This document shows positions 50,235 to 60,569 of a stretch of 64,000 nt of DNA, piece by piece; the first letter of the stretch is position 1; each line of letters opens with the position of its first letter. The notes under the pieces were generated by a model. It searched no databases and was not told the origin of the DNA. It worked only from the letters and a program-made list of their open reading frames with translations. The DNA lies in contig JBCKKZ010000004.1 in NCBI GenBank assembly GCA_038904015.1, positions 153 to 64,152 on the forward strand, read 5' to 3'. This stretch comes from Burkholderiales bacterium (lineage in GTDB: Bacteria; Pseudomonadota; Gammaproteobacteria; Burkholderiales; SG8-39). Made by a program: the position numbers and the translations under genes.

Positions 50235-51734
50235 TCAGAAGGATGCGTCCAACCGCCGGTACTGGATGGCTTCGGCGATATGCGCGGCCCGGATCGCGGC
50301 GTCTCCTGCAAGGTCGGCGATAGTTCGCGCCACCCGCAGCACGCGATGGTAGGCGCGCGCCGAGAGCAGGAGACGCGCCAGCGCATGGCGCAGCAGCTGG
50401 TCGCCTTCCTTGTCGGTGGCGCATAGCTTGTCGATCTCCCGCGTGCCGAGCAGCGCGTTTGGCATGCCCTGGCGATCGAGCTGGCGCTGGTGCGCGGCGA
50501 GCACCCGTGACCTGATCGCTTCGCTCGATTCGGTCGCACCGGGGGCCATCAGGTCCGAGTCGCGCGGCGCGGGGACTTCGAGCTTGATATCGACGCGATC
50601 GGCCAGGGGCCCCGAGATGCGACCGCGGTAGCGCGCGATGCGATCGGGGGTGCAGCGGCAGCGCCCGGCGGGCGAGCCGCAGTGGCCGCAGGGGCAGGGG
50701 TTCATCGCCGCGACGAGCTGGAAGCGCGCGGGAAACTGCGACTGGCGCGCAGCGCGCGAGATCGACACTTTTCCCGATTCCAGCGGCTCGCGCAGCGATT
50801 CGAGCACGTCGCGATCGAACTCGGGTAATTCGTCGAGGAACAGCACGCCGCGGTGCGCGAGCGAGATTTCGCCCGGCAGCGGCAGCCGGCCACCGCCGAC
50901 CATCGCGGCGCCCGAAGCGCTGTGATGCGGCGCGCGGTAGGGCCGTTCGCCCCAACGCGTAGCCTCGAAGCCCGCAGCCGATACTGAATGGATCGCTGCC
51001 ACTTCGAGCGCCTCGGCCTCGCTCATCGGCGGCAGGATTCCCGGAAAGCGCGCCGCGAGCATCGACTTGCCGGTGCCGGGTGGCCCGATCATCAGCACGC
51101 TGTGCCCGCCGGCCGCGGCGACTTCGAGCGCGCGCTTGGCCTGCGGCTGTCCCTTCACCTCCGAGAAATCCGGATAGCGATGCGCCACTGCGCGCTGGGG
51201 AAGCTCGAAACGCGGCAGCTTTGCCTCGCCGCAGAGGTGCGCGACGACTTCGAGCAGCGTGCGCGCGGGCAGCACATGCGCGCCTTCGGCGAGCGCTGCC
51301 TGCGGCGCGTTTGCTTCGGGCAGCACGAACGCGCGCCCGCTGGCCCGCACCTGCAAGGCCATCGCCAGCGCGCCGCGCACGGACCGCAGATCGCCCGTGA
51401 GCGAGAGCTCCCCCGCGAACTCGTGCGCCGCTAGCGCTTCGGACGCGATCTGCCCGCTCGCCGCGAGGATGCCGATCGCGATCGGCAGATCGAAACGGCC
51501 CGAATCCTTCGGCAGGTCCGCCGGCGCAAGATTCACCGTGATGCGGCGCGCGGGAAACTCGAATTGCGTGTGATTGAGCGCGGCGCGCACGCGGTCCTTC
51601 GCTTCGCGCACCTCGGCGTCGGGCAGCCCGACGATGGTGAACGAGGGCAGTCCCGGCCCGAGATGCACCTCGACGGCCACTTCTGGCGCATCTATCCCCG
51701 CGAGCGCTCGGCTCGCCACCGTTGCAAGCGACAT
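50235..51734 (-). CDS. comM: YifB/ComM Mg-chelatase-like AAA ATPase
   Basis: NLAPADLPK, GPPGTGKS, LFLDELPEF, MNPCPCG. Confidence 0.93.
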   Translation of the reverse strand: MSLATVASRALAGIDAPEVAVEVHLGPGLPSFTIVGLPDAEVREAKDRVRAALNHTQFEFPARRITVNLAPADLPKDSGRFDLPIAIGILAASGQIASEALAAHEFAGELSLTGDLRSVRGALAMALQVRASGRAFVLPEANAPQAALAEGAHVLPARTLLEVVAHLCGEAKLPRFELPQRAVAHRYPDFSEVKGQPQAKRALEVAAAGGHSVLMIGPPGTGKSMLAARFPGILPPMSEAEALEVAAIHSVSAAGFEATRWGERPYRAPHHSASGAAMVGGGRLPLPGEISLAHRGVLFLDELPEFDRDVLESLREPLESGKVSISRAARQSQFPARFQLVAAMNPCPCGHCGSPAGRCRCTPDRIARYRGRISGPLADRVDIKLEVPAPRDSDLMAPGATESSEAIRSRVLAAHQRQLDRQGMPNALLGTREIDKLCATDKEGDQLLRHALARLLLSARAYHRVLRVARTIADLAGDAAIRAAHIAEAIQYRRLDASF

Positions 51735-51768
51735 TGATCCTCCGCTACGAAGAACGCGCAGCCGAGGA

Positions 51769-52005
51769 TTAAGGTTTACGTGCTTCGAGTTGCGCGACGC
51801 GCGCTTCGAGCGCGGCGAGCTTGGCTTGGGCGCGTTCGAGGAGCTTCTTGTGGACTTCCAGGTCCTCTCGCGCGGCGAGATCGAAGCGGTCGAAGAACGC
51901 GGCCATGAGCGCGTGCAGGTTCTTTTCGAGGTCTTTTGCCGGCGAGCCGCGCAAGGCCTCGCCGATACGTTCGCGGAATTCGTCCAGCGGATTTCGCTCA
52001 GCCAT
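51769..52005 (-). CDS. ubiK: UbiK/YqiC accessory factor
   Basis: SPAKDLEKN, DL..RE, C-terminal coiled coil; lies between comM and glnK. Confidence 0.8.
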   Translation of the reverse strand: MAERNPLDEFRERIGEALRGSPAKDLEKNLHALMAAFFDRFDLAAREDLEVHKKLLERAQAKLAALEARVAQLEARKP

Positions 52006-52061
52006 GCCGGTCAGCCTACAGACATCTGGGCATCTGGATAACCGTGGCTTGGCAGGCAGAC

Positions 52062-52109
52062 TGCACCCGCTTCGGGCATTCGGCGGCATGGTCGCACCAA
52101 TTCGGTGCG
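52062..52109. promoter_or_regulatory. Tandem NtrC-type binding sites
   Basis: TGCACCCGCTTCGGGCA (52062-52078) and CGCACCAATTCGGTGCG (52093-52109), 31 bp apart; both fit GCAC-N7-GTGC, the first imperfectly. Confidence 0.8.
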
Positions 52110-52170
52110 AACCCGGCATCGTCAATTGCCGGCAGGATTGTAACCTATTGAATATAGGTGCCAAACCCCC

Positions 52171-52186
52171 TGGCACACGACGTGCT
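52171..52186 (+). promoter_or_regulatory. Sigma-54 -24/-12 promoter
   Basis: TGGCAC-ACGAC-GTGCT (GG-N10-GC) upstream of the porin-glnK-amtB operon. Confidence 0.85.
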
Positions 52187-52225
52187 CATTAGACGTGGCA
52201 ACCATTCATCCATGGAGATATTTCA

Positions 52226-53435
<1,210 letters not shown>

Positions 53436-53445
53436 GGAGAATACG

Positions 53446-54957
53446 ATGAAGAAGCTGATTGCAGTCCTTTCCATGCTCGCACTGTTCGCAGTCGCGGGCG
53501 GCGCCGGCGCCCAGGACAAGGACAAGGCGCCCGAGAAGGCCGCCGCCGAGGCGAAAGCCGCGGAACCGGCCAAGGCCGACGAAAAAAAGGCGGAAGCCAA
53601 GCCCGCCCCGACGCCTAACAAGGGCGACGTAGCGTGGATGCTGACCTCCACCGCACTGGTTCTGATGATGAGCGTGCCGGCTCTCGCGCTGTTCTACGGC
53701 GGCATGGTGCGCGCGAAGAACATGCTCTCGATGCTGATGCAGGTGTTCGTGGTGTTCTCGCTGGTAACGGTGCTGTGGTGCATTTACGGCTACAGCCTTG
53801 CGTTCACCGAGGGCAGCGGTTCGCTCAGCCCGTACTTCGGCGGCTTCGACCGATTGTTCCTGAACGGAACCTTCGACTCGGCCAAGGGCGAATTCGCGAT
53901 GGCGGCGACCTTCTCCAAGGGCGTGGTGATCCCGGAACTGGTGTTTGTGGCCTTCCAGGCGACCTTTGCGGCGATCACCTGCTGCCTGATCCTCGGCGCC
54001 TTCGCCGAGCGCGCCAAGTTTTCGGCGGTGCTGGTATTCATCGTCCTCTGGTTCACTTTCAGCTACGCACCGGTGGCCCACATGGTCTGGTTCTGGATGG
54101 GGCCGGACGGCTACACCGATCCGAAGCTGGTGGATGCGCTGAACGCCAAGGCCGGCATGATCTGGCAGTGGGGCGCGCTCGACTTCGCGGGCGGCACGGT
54201 GGTGCACATCAATGCCGGTGTCGCTGGTCTGGTGGGCGCATACCTGGTGGGCAAGCGGATCGGCTACGGCAAGGAAGCCATGCCGGCGCACAACCTGCCG
54301 ATGACCATGATCGGTGCGGCGCTCCTGTGGGTGGGCTGGTTCGGTTTCAACGCCGGCTCGGCGCTGGAAGCGAACGGCACCGCTGCGCTCGCCTTCATGA
54401 ACACCTTCCTTGCCACCGCCTGCGCGGTGCTCTCCTGGACGCTCGGCGAAGCCATCTTCAAGGGCAAGCCGACGATGCTGGGCGCCGCGTCGGGCGCGGT
54501 CGCGGGGCTGGTCGCGATCACCCCGGCCGCCGGCAACGTCGGCATTCCCGGCGCATTCGTGATCGGCATCGCCGCGGGCCTGGTGTGCCTGTGGGGCGTG
54601 AGCGGCTTGAAGAAACTGCTCGGCGCGGACGATTCGCTGGACGTGTTCGGCGTGCACGCGGTCGGCGGCATCCTCGGCGCGCTGCTCACCGGCGTGTTCA
54701 ACGACCCGTCGCTCGGCGGGCCAAGTTTCGTGGGCGACTGGGTCACCGGCGCCACCGTTGTGGCCAAGGACTACAACATGATGGGGCAGCTCAAGACGCA
54801 GGCCATGGCGGTCGGCGTGACCGTGATCTGGTCCGGCGTGGTGGCCTTCATTGCCTTCAAACTGGTCGACCTGACCATCGGCCTGCGCGTGCCGGAAGAA
54901 GAAGAACGCGAAGGCCTGGACGTGACCTCGCACGGCGAGGCCGCGTACCGGATGTAG
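53446..54957 (+). CDS. amtB: Ammonium transporter
   Basis: DFAGGTVVH, WFGFNAGS, DDSLDVFGVH. Confidence 0.97.
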   Translation: MKKLIAVLSMLALFAVAGGAGAQDKDKAPEKAAAEAKAAEPAKADEKKAEAKPAPTPNKGDVAWMLTSTALVLMMSVPALALFYGGMVRAKNMLSMLMQVFVVFSLVTVLWCIYGYSLAFTEGSGSLSPYFGGFDRLFLNGTFDSAKGEFAMAATFSKGVVIPELVFVAFQATFAAITCCLILGAFAERAKFSAVLVFIVLWFTFSYAPVAHMVWFWMGPDGYTDPKLVDALNAKAGMIWQWGALDFAGGTVVHINAGVAGLVGAYLVGKRIGYGKEAMPAHNLPMTMIGAALLWVGWFGFNAGSALEANGTAALAFMNTFLATACAVLSWTLGEAIFKGKPTMLGAASGAVAGLVAITPAAGNVGIPGAFVIGIAAGLVCLWGVSGLKKLLGADDSLDVFGVHAVGGILGALLTGVFNDPSLGGPSFVGDWVTGATVVAKDYNMMGQLKTQAMAVGVTVIWSGVVAFIAFKLVDLTIGLRVPEEEEREGLDVTSHGEAAYRM

Positions 54958-54968
54958 TTCTTGCCGTT

Positions 54969-55397
54969 CTAGCGGGAAATTCTTCCCAGCAAATCGAGCA
55001 GCTGGCGCCGCTCCATCGCCGACAGCCGGGCGGCGATGCGCCGCTCGTGCCGCGCGATGCCGCGCAGAGCCCGGGAAAGCAGTGACCGGCCGCCGCGCGT
55101 CAGCCACAGCCCGTTGGTGCGGCGGTCCGCGCCGCGGCGGCGCTCGATCAGGCCGCGCGCTTCCAGCTGGTCGAGCACCCCGACCATGGTGGAGCGGTCG
55201 CGCTCGGCGGCTTCCGCCAGGCGGCTCTGCGTGACCCCTGGATTGGCTTCAATGAAAATCAGCAGCCCGACGCGCCCGGGCGAGAGCCCCTGTACGCTAG
55301 CGGCGAAGTCGCGGAACACAGCCTGCTGGGCACGGCGCAACTGGTAGCCGAGCAGATCGTGCAGGGCGCCCGCATTCAATTTTTGTTTGGCGTCCAA
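54969..55397 (-). CDS. MarR-family regulator
   Basis: LGYQLRRAQ, DRSTM, DRR winged helix. Confidence 0.9.
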   Translation of the reverse strand: MDAKQKLNAGALHDLLGYQLRRAQQAVFRDFAASVQGLSPGRVGLLIFIEANPGVTQSRLAEAAERDRSTMVGVLDQLEARGLIERRRGADRRTNGLWLTRGGRSLLSRALRGIARHERRIAARLSAMERRQLLDLLGRISR

Positions 55398-55474
55398 ACA
55401 ATTTGACCTTCCAACGGGACCGACGCTACGATCCTAGGCGAACACCGATTGGCGCGCAACACAACAACAACAAT

Positions 55475-57022
55475 ATGAACGCTATTGAGCATTTTCTGGG
55501 CAAGGCCGCGCTCGATCGGCACGGGCAGCGCGCCGCACTGATCTGCGGCGCGCAAACGCTCAGCTATGCCGAACTCGCGGCGCAGGTCGCCCGCGCGGCG
55601 AACGCCCTGCGCTCGCTCGGCGTCTCCCCCGGCGAGCGCGTGCTGCTGCTGATGCGCGATACGCCCGAGTTCGCCGCCGCATGGCTGGGCGCGGTGCATG
55701 CCGGCGCGGTCGCGGTGGCGCTCAACACCAAACTCTCCGAGGCCGAGTATCGCCATATCCGCGCTGACAGCGGCGCGCGCCTTGCGATTGTCGAGGACGT
55801 CTTCGTGCTCGCGCGCCCCGATCTGGCCGCCGAGCATGCAGGAGAAAAAAGCGTCGAGCACAGCCTGGTGGTCGCGGGCGAGCACAGCGGGCCGGCGCCT
55901 TCATGGCGCGCAGCGCTGGCGCGCGCCGCCCCGCAGGCCGCGCCCTACGCTGCGGGCGCGGAAGATCCCGCCTTCTGGCTCTATTCCTCCGGTACCACGG
56001 GCAAGCCCAAGGGCATCATCCACGCGCACCGCAGCCTGCTGCCCGCGGGCCAGGCGCAGCGCGAAGTCATCGGGCTTGCCGCGGGCGAAAAGACCTTCAC
56101 CACCTCCAAGCTTTTCTTCTCCTACGCGCTGGAGCACGGTTTGCTCGGCCCGCTGGCGACCGGCGCCACCGCGATCCTGGAACCCGACTGGCCCGACGTC
56201 GAGACCGTGCTCGCGCGAGTCGAGCTGCACCGCCCGCACGCCTTCTTCAGTGTGCCGACCTTCTACCGCCAGTTGCTCGCTCTCGGAGCGCAGCGCCTCG
56301 CGCCATTGCGCGAGGTGCGGCGCTTCGTCGCGGCCGGAGAAAGGCTGCCGGCGCAACTGATCGAGCAATGGCGGGTGGCGACCGGCGGAGAAATCCTTTC
56401 CCTCTACGGCATGTCCGAAACCTTCTGCGCCTGCATCGTGACGCCGCCGGGCACCTCGAACGGATCGCACACCGGCAAGCCGCTCGCGGGCGTCGACGCG
56501 CAGCTCAGAACGCCGGAAGGCAAGGAAGCGGCGCCGGGGGAAACCGCCGAACTCTGGCTGCGGCATCCGGCGCTCGCGCTGGGATACGCCAACCGCCCCG
56601 AGCAGACCGCGGCGCAGTTCCGCGACGGCTGGTTCTGCACCCGTGACCTGTTCGTGCGCGACGCCGAAGGCTACTTCACGCACCAGGGCCGCTCCGACGA
56701 CTTACTCAAGATCGCCGGCCAGTGGGTACAGCCCGGCGAGCTGGAAGAGGCTGTCGCGGGCGATCCGGCGATCGCCGAAGCCGCCTGTGTGCAGGTCACC
56801 GACGGCGAGGGCTTCGAGCGCCTCGCGCTGTTCGTCGCCGCGCGCGGCGATGCGGCCGACGCGCTCGCTGCGGCCGGCCGCGCCTGCGAGGCGAAGCTGC
56901 CGCGCTTCAAGCGCCCGAGATGGATCCGCAGCGTGGCCGAGCTGCCGCGCACCGCCACCGGCAAGATCCAGCGCTTCAAGCTGCGGGAATTGATCGAGCG
57001 CGAGCTGGGCGCGAAATCCTAG
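55475..57022 (+). CDS. Benzoate-CoA ligase family acyl-CoA synthetase
   Basis: FWLYSSGTTGKPKG, KLFFSYAL, YGMSE, LPRTATGKIQRFKLR. Confidence 0.88.
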   Translation: MNAIEHFLGKAALDRHGQRAALICGAQTLSYAELAAQVARAANALRSLGVSPGERVLLLMRDTPEFAAAWLGAVHAGAVAVALNTKLSEAEYRHIRADSGARLAIVEDVFVLARPDLAAEHAGEKSVEHSLVVAGEHSGPAPSWRAALARAAPQAAPYAAGAEDPAFWLYSSGTTGKPKGIIHAHRSLLPAGQAQREVIGLAAGEKTFTTSKLFFSYALEHGLLGPLATGATAILEPDWPDVETVLARVELHRPHAFFSVPTFYRQLLALGAQRLAPLREVRRFVAAGERLPAQLIEQWRVATGGEILSLYGMSETFCACIVTPPGTSNGSHTGKPLAGVDAQLRTPEGKEAAPGETAELWLRHPALALGYANRPEQTAAQFRDGWFCTRDLFVRDAEGYFTHQGRSDDLLKIAGQWVQPGELEEAVAGDPAIAEAACVQVTDGEGFERLALFVAARGDAADALAAAGRACEAKLPRFKRPRWIRSVAELPRTATGKIQRFKLRELIERELGAKS

Positions 57023-57069
57023 CTGGTCGGCGGCCTTCGCGACTGGCGGGAGCGGCCCGACGGCCCGCC

Positions 57070-57115
57070 GGACTCATAATTCCTTGGTCGTTGGTTCGAT
57101 TCCAACCCGGCCCAC
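57070..57115 (+). pseudogene. 3' half of a tRNA with anticodon CAT (probably Ile2-type); att-site relic
   Basis: GGA-CTCATAA-TTCCT-TGGTC-GTTGG-TTCGATT-CCAAC-CCGGCCC-A; no D-arm or 5' acceptor strand upstream. Confidence 0.8.
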
Positions 57116-57187
57116 TTCAACGGAGGCGTCAACCGCGTTCGATGTGGTGCGTGAATGAGATAAGTAACATTCTGGGATAATGAATCG

Positions 57188-58177
57188 ATGAACAAGCGGG
57201 CTGAAGCTGCAGAGGTACTTTTCGATCCAGCCGAGCACCTTCCCGAATGCATTGGCGAGATCCGCAATCACCAGACCGATCTGCCCAGGATCGCCAGAGA
57301 TCGAAAGCTCACCGCAGCGATTGAAGCCAAGCTCGAGCAGCTTCCCACGCATCACGATCTGTACCGCCGCGACTCGCGCAAGATTGATTTCCTCCCGCCC
57401 GCGAGCGTCCACCTGGTCGTAACGTCGCCGCCTTATTGGACGCTGAAGGACTACAACGTCAGCGAAGGGCAGATGGGCTACATCGAGGACTACGACAAAT
57501 TCCTCGGTGAGCTGGACAAGGTCTGGAAGGCCTGCTTTGACGCCTTGGTTCCTGGCGGTCGCTTGGTATGCGTCGTCGGGGATGTTTGCCTTTCGCGCCG
57601 CAAGAACAAGGGAGAGCATGTCGTAATGCCCCTGCATGCGTCCATCCAGGAGCGATGCAGGGTCTTGGGCTACAACAATCTCTCGCCGATCATCTGGTAC
57701 AAGATCACCAACGCCGCCTACGAGGCAACCGGAAATGGCGGCGGGTTCCTTGGCAAACCGTATGAGCCTAACGCGGTCATCAAGAACGACATTGAGTTCA
57801 TCCTCATGGAGCGGAAGCCTGGCGGATACCGCAGCCCGAGCGTGGCGACGCGGATTCTGAGCGTGATTCCCGGCGATCAGCACAAGGAATGGTTCCAGCA
57901 AATCTGGACAGGCGTAACTGGCGCATCAACCAGAGAGCACCCCGCTCCCTATCCGCTGCAGCTCGCGGAGCGCCTCATCAGGATGTTCAGCTTCGTGGGC
58001 GACACGGTGCTCGATCCCTTCATGGGGACTGGAACAACGAACGTCGCCGCAGCCAAGTGGGGCCGAAACAGTGTTGGCGTTGAGATCGACCCGCACTACT
58101 TTGAAATGGCTGCGAAGCGCCTCGACAGGGAGACTCCGAGAATTCTTGCCGCAGACCGACTAATCCGCCATCACTGA
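57188..58177 (+). CDS. Site-specific DNA methyltransferase, beta class (N4-C/N6-A)
   Basis: VTSPPY precedes HPAPYP and VLDPFMGTGTT. Confidence 0.93.
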   Translation: MNKRAEAAEVLFDPAEHLPECIGEIRNHQTDLPRIARDRKLTAAIEAKLEQLPTHHDLYRRDSRKIDFLPPASVHLVVTSPPYWTLKDYNVSEGQMGYIEDYDKFLGELDKVWKACFDALVPGGRLVCVVGDVCLSRRKNKGEHVVMPLHASIQERCRVLGYNNLSPIIWYKITNAAYEATGNGGGFLGKPYEPNAVIKNDIEFILMERKPGGYRSPSVATRILSVIPGDQHKEWFQQIWTGVTGASTREHPAPYPLQLAERLIRMFSFVGDTVLDPFMGTGTTNVAAAKWGRNSVGVEIDPHYFEMAAKRLDRETPRILAADRLIRHH

Positions 58178-58180
58178 GCA

Positions 58181-58912
58181 ATGCTCGACTTCAAGAAAGA
58201 GCTTGCCAAGGCCGTCCAGTACTTCTGGCAAGTGCGGGGTAAACAAAAGAAGCGTCAGGGAGGTAAGGGCGGCAAGAAGGACGCAGGCAATCGTGGCGCG
58301 GTAACAGGCGGCAAGCATGCCGATGGGTTTGTTCGGCTTATCGCCGCCGTCGTTAAGGATGCAGGCCTGCGGAATGTGGAAGTTCACGTTTCGGAGAAGA
58401 AGCAGAGAACGCTCCCGGGCTTCTATCGCCCGTCCAAGGAGTGGGATCTCGTAGTCCTTTCCGACAAGAACCTGGTTGCGGCAGTCGAAGTGAAGTCCCA
58501 GGTCGGCAGCTTCGGCAATAATTTCAACAATCGCGTCGAAGAGGCACTCGGCAACGCGACTGATTTCTGGGCCGCATACCGAGAGGGGATCTTCAAGCCG
58601 TCGCAAAAGCCCTGGCTCGGTTATCTCTTCATGCTGGAAGAGCAGCCTGGGTCGATTCGCGCCACAAAACGAATTAACCTGAATCCGTACGCGGTGGATG
58701 AGGCCTTCCAGGAGCGCAGCTACGCCAAGCGGTATGAGCTGGTATGCGAACGACTGGTTCGCGATCGGCTTTATGACGCTGCGTGTTTCTTCACGTCCAA
58801 TGCTGACACGGGGAAGCGCGGGGAATACAAGGAACCTCACGAGGAGCTCAGCATCCGCAATTTCGCCATATCGCTACACGCGAGAGCAGCAGCATTTGCG
58901 CGCTCAAGATAA
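58181..58912 (+). CDS. PaeR7I/XhoI-family type II restriction endonuclease
   Basis: RGAVTGGKH.DGF, LPGFYRPSKEWDL, EVKSQVGSFGNNFNNRVEEALG. Confidence 0.88.
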   Translation: MLDFKKELAKAVQYFWQVRGKQKKRQGGKGGKKDAGNRGAVTGGKHADGFVRLIAAVVKDAGLRNVEVHVSEKKQRTLPGFYRPSKEWDLVVLSDKNLVAAVEVKSQVGSFGNNFNNRVEEALGNATDFWAAYREGIFKPSQKPWLGYLFMLEEQPGSIRATKRINLNPYAVDEAFQERSYAKRYELVCERLVRDRLYDAACFFTSNADTGKRGEYKEPHEELSIRNFAISLHARAAAFARSR

Positions 58913-59004
58913 TGTCGATGGGCGAAAGGTCGCGAATCGAATGACTCGCGTCCGGTGTTCAGCCGGATCTTTTCCCTAGTAGCGATACAAATATGTCGCC
59001 GGCG

Positions 59005-59058
59005 ATGACAAAAAAAGTCGCTTACTTGTTTGGAGCAGGAACCACTTCTCTATCCTAG
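59005..59058 (+). pseudogene. Possible N-terminal relic of a SIR2-like gene
   Basis: Mini-ORF MTKKVAYLFGAGTTSLS* resembles the first beta-strand plus GAG motif of SIR2 domains. Confidence 0.4.
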
Positions 59059-59119
59059 CTTTCCGGGCCAGGCATGGTTGCGTTAAGCTCTTATCATTCA
59101 GCATCACCTCGGGCCCCGC

Positions 59120-59821
59120 CTACTGTGCCGCAATCAGACTAGCGAGGAACTCCGGATCCCTGCGCAAGCGTTCGGATTCGCCGTCGAACACGATCCGTCC
59201 CCGGTCCATCACCACGGTGCGCGCGGCGAACTCCAGCGCCACGCGGCTATTCTGCTCCACCAGTACGATCGACAGGCCGCCCTCGCCGCGCAACCTGAGC
59301 AGCACCTGGGCGAGGGCTTGCACGATCACCGGCGCCAGGCCCTCGGTGGGTTCGTCCATCAGCAGGACGGACGGATTGGTCATCAGCGCACGCGCGATCG
59401 CCAGCATCTGCTGCTCGCCGCCGGAGAGCTGGGAGCCGGCGTTGGCGAGGCGCTCTTTCAGGTTCGGAAACAGGTCGAACACGCGCTCGGCAGTCCAATG
59501 TCCGGCGCGCGCGCCGATCTCCAGGTTCTCGCGCACCGACAGCGAAGGGAAGATCTCGCGCTCCTGCGGCACGTAGCCCAGCCCGGCCAGCGCGCGCTCG
59601 TGCGCCTGGGCGGCCTCGATGCGCCGGCCGTCCAGCGAGATCGCGCCCGCATGCAGCGTGGTATGGCCCATGATGGTTTCCAGCAGCGTGGACTTGCCGA
59701 CGCCGTTGCGGCCGATGATGGACAGGCTCTCTCCCTGTGCCATCGCCAGGTTGATCCCCTCCAGCAGGTGCGTCTCGCCGTAGCCGGCGGTGACGCCTTT
59801 CAAATGGAGGGCCTCAGGCAT
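59120..59821 (-). CDS. ABC transporter ATPase (LivF-like)
   Basis: GRNGVGKS, LSGGEQQ, DEPTEGL. Confidence 0.93.
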   Translation of the reverse strand: MPEALHLKGVTAGYGETHLLEGINLAMAQGESLSIIGRNGVGKSTLLETIMGHTTLHAGAISLDGRRIEAAQAHERALAGLGYVPQEREIFPSLSVRENLEIGARAGHWTAERVFDLFPNLKERLANAGSQLSGGEQQMLAIARALMTNPSVLLMDEPTEGLAPVIVQALAQVLLRLRGEGGLSIVLVEQNSRVALEFAARTVVMDRGRIVFDGESERLRRDPEFLASLIAAQ

Positions 59822-60569
59822 CGAGCGCGCTGCCGAGGTAAACGGACCTTACCTCGAGGTTGGCGGCGATTTGCGCGGGCGTGCCCTCGGCGAAGATCGC
59901 CCCGCTCACCAGCACCGTGATGCGTTCGGCGAAGCGGAACACGAGGTCCATGTCATGCTCGATGATGAGCACGGCGATGTCCTTGGGCAGGGTGGCGATG
60001 GCATCCAGCAGAATGTGGCTCTCGGCGCTCGGTATCCCGGCCGCGGGCTCGTCCAGCAGCAACACGCGCGGATCGAGGCCGAGCGCGATCGCGATCTCCA
60101 CCAGGCGCTGGCGGCCGTAGGGCAGCTCGACGATGCGGCGGCCGGCATCCTCGCCCAGTTTCAGCATTCCTATCAAGCGCGACGCTTCTTCGATTACATC
60201 GGCGCGCCTGCCTGCCGGACGCAGCATCGCGCCGCCCACGCCCAGGCGCTCGGACACCGCGATGCACACGTTTTCCTGCACCGTGAGCCCGCGGAACAGC
60301 TGATTGATCTGGAAGGTGCGCGCGATGCCGCGCTTGACCCTTTTCGCCTGGGCGAGCGTGGTCACATCCTCGCCTTCGAGCAGCACCTTGCCTCGCGAAG
60401 CCGGCAGCACGCCGGTGAGCAGGTTGACGAAGGTGGTTTTGCCCGCGCCATTGGGACCGATCAGGGCGTGGCGCGCGCCGCGCTCGAGACGGAAGTCAAT
60501 CTCGCGCGCGACCTCCAGCGCACCGAAGCTCTTGCACAAGCCCCTGGTCTCGAGCATTGCGGGGTTCAC
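59814..60569 (-). CDS. ABC transporter ATPase (LivG-like)
   Basis: GPNGAGKT, LPYG.QR, DEPAAG. Confidence 0.93.
   Translation of the reverse strand: MNPAMLETRGLCKSFGALEVAREIDFRLERGARHALIGPNGAGKTTFVNLLTGVLPASRGKVLLEGEDVTTLAQAKRVKRGIARTFQINQLFRGLTVQENVCIAVSERLGVGGAMLRPAGRRADVIEEASRLIGMLKLGEDAGRRIVELPYGRQRLVEIAIALGLDPRVLLLDEPAAGIPSAESHILLDAIATLPKDIAVLIIEHDMDLVFRFAERITVLVSGAIFAEGTPAQIAANLEVRSVYLGSALDA

Noticed and set aside
53510..53615. Lys/Ala/Glu-rich repetitive stretch at the AmtB N-terminus
   Set aside because: Low-complexity linker after the signal peptide, not a DNA repeat element.
57022..57120. Intact tRNA-Met/Ile gene
   Set aside because: No 5' acceptor strand or D-arm is present, and the anticodon stem pairs only partly.
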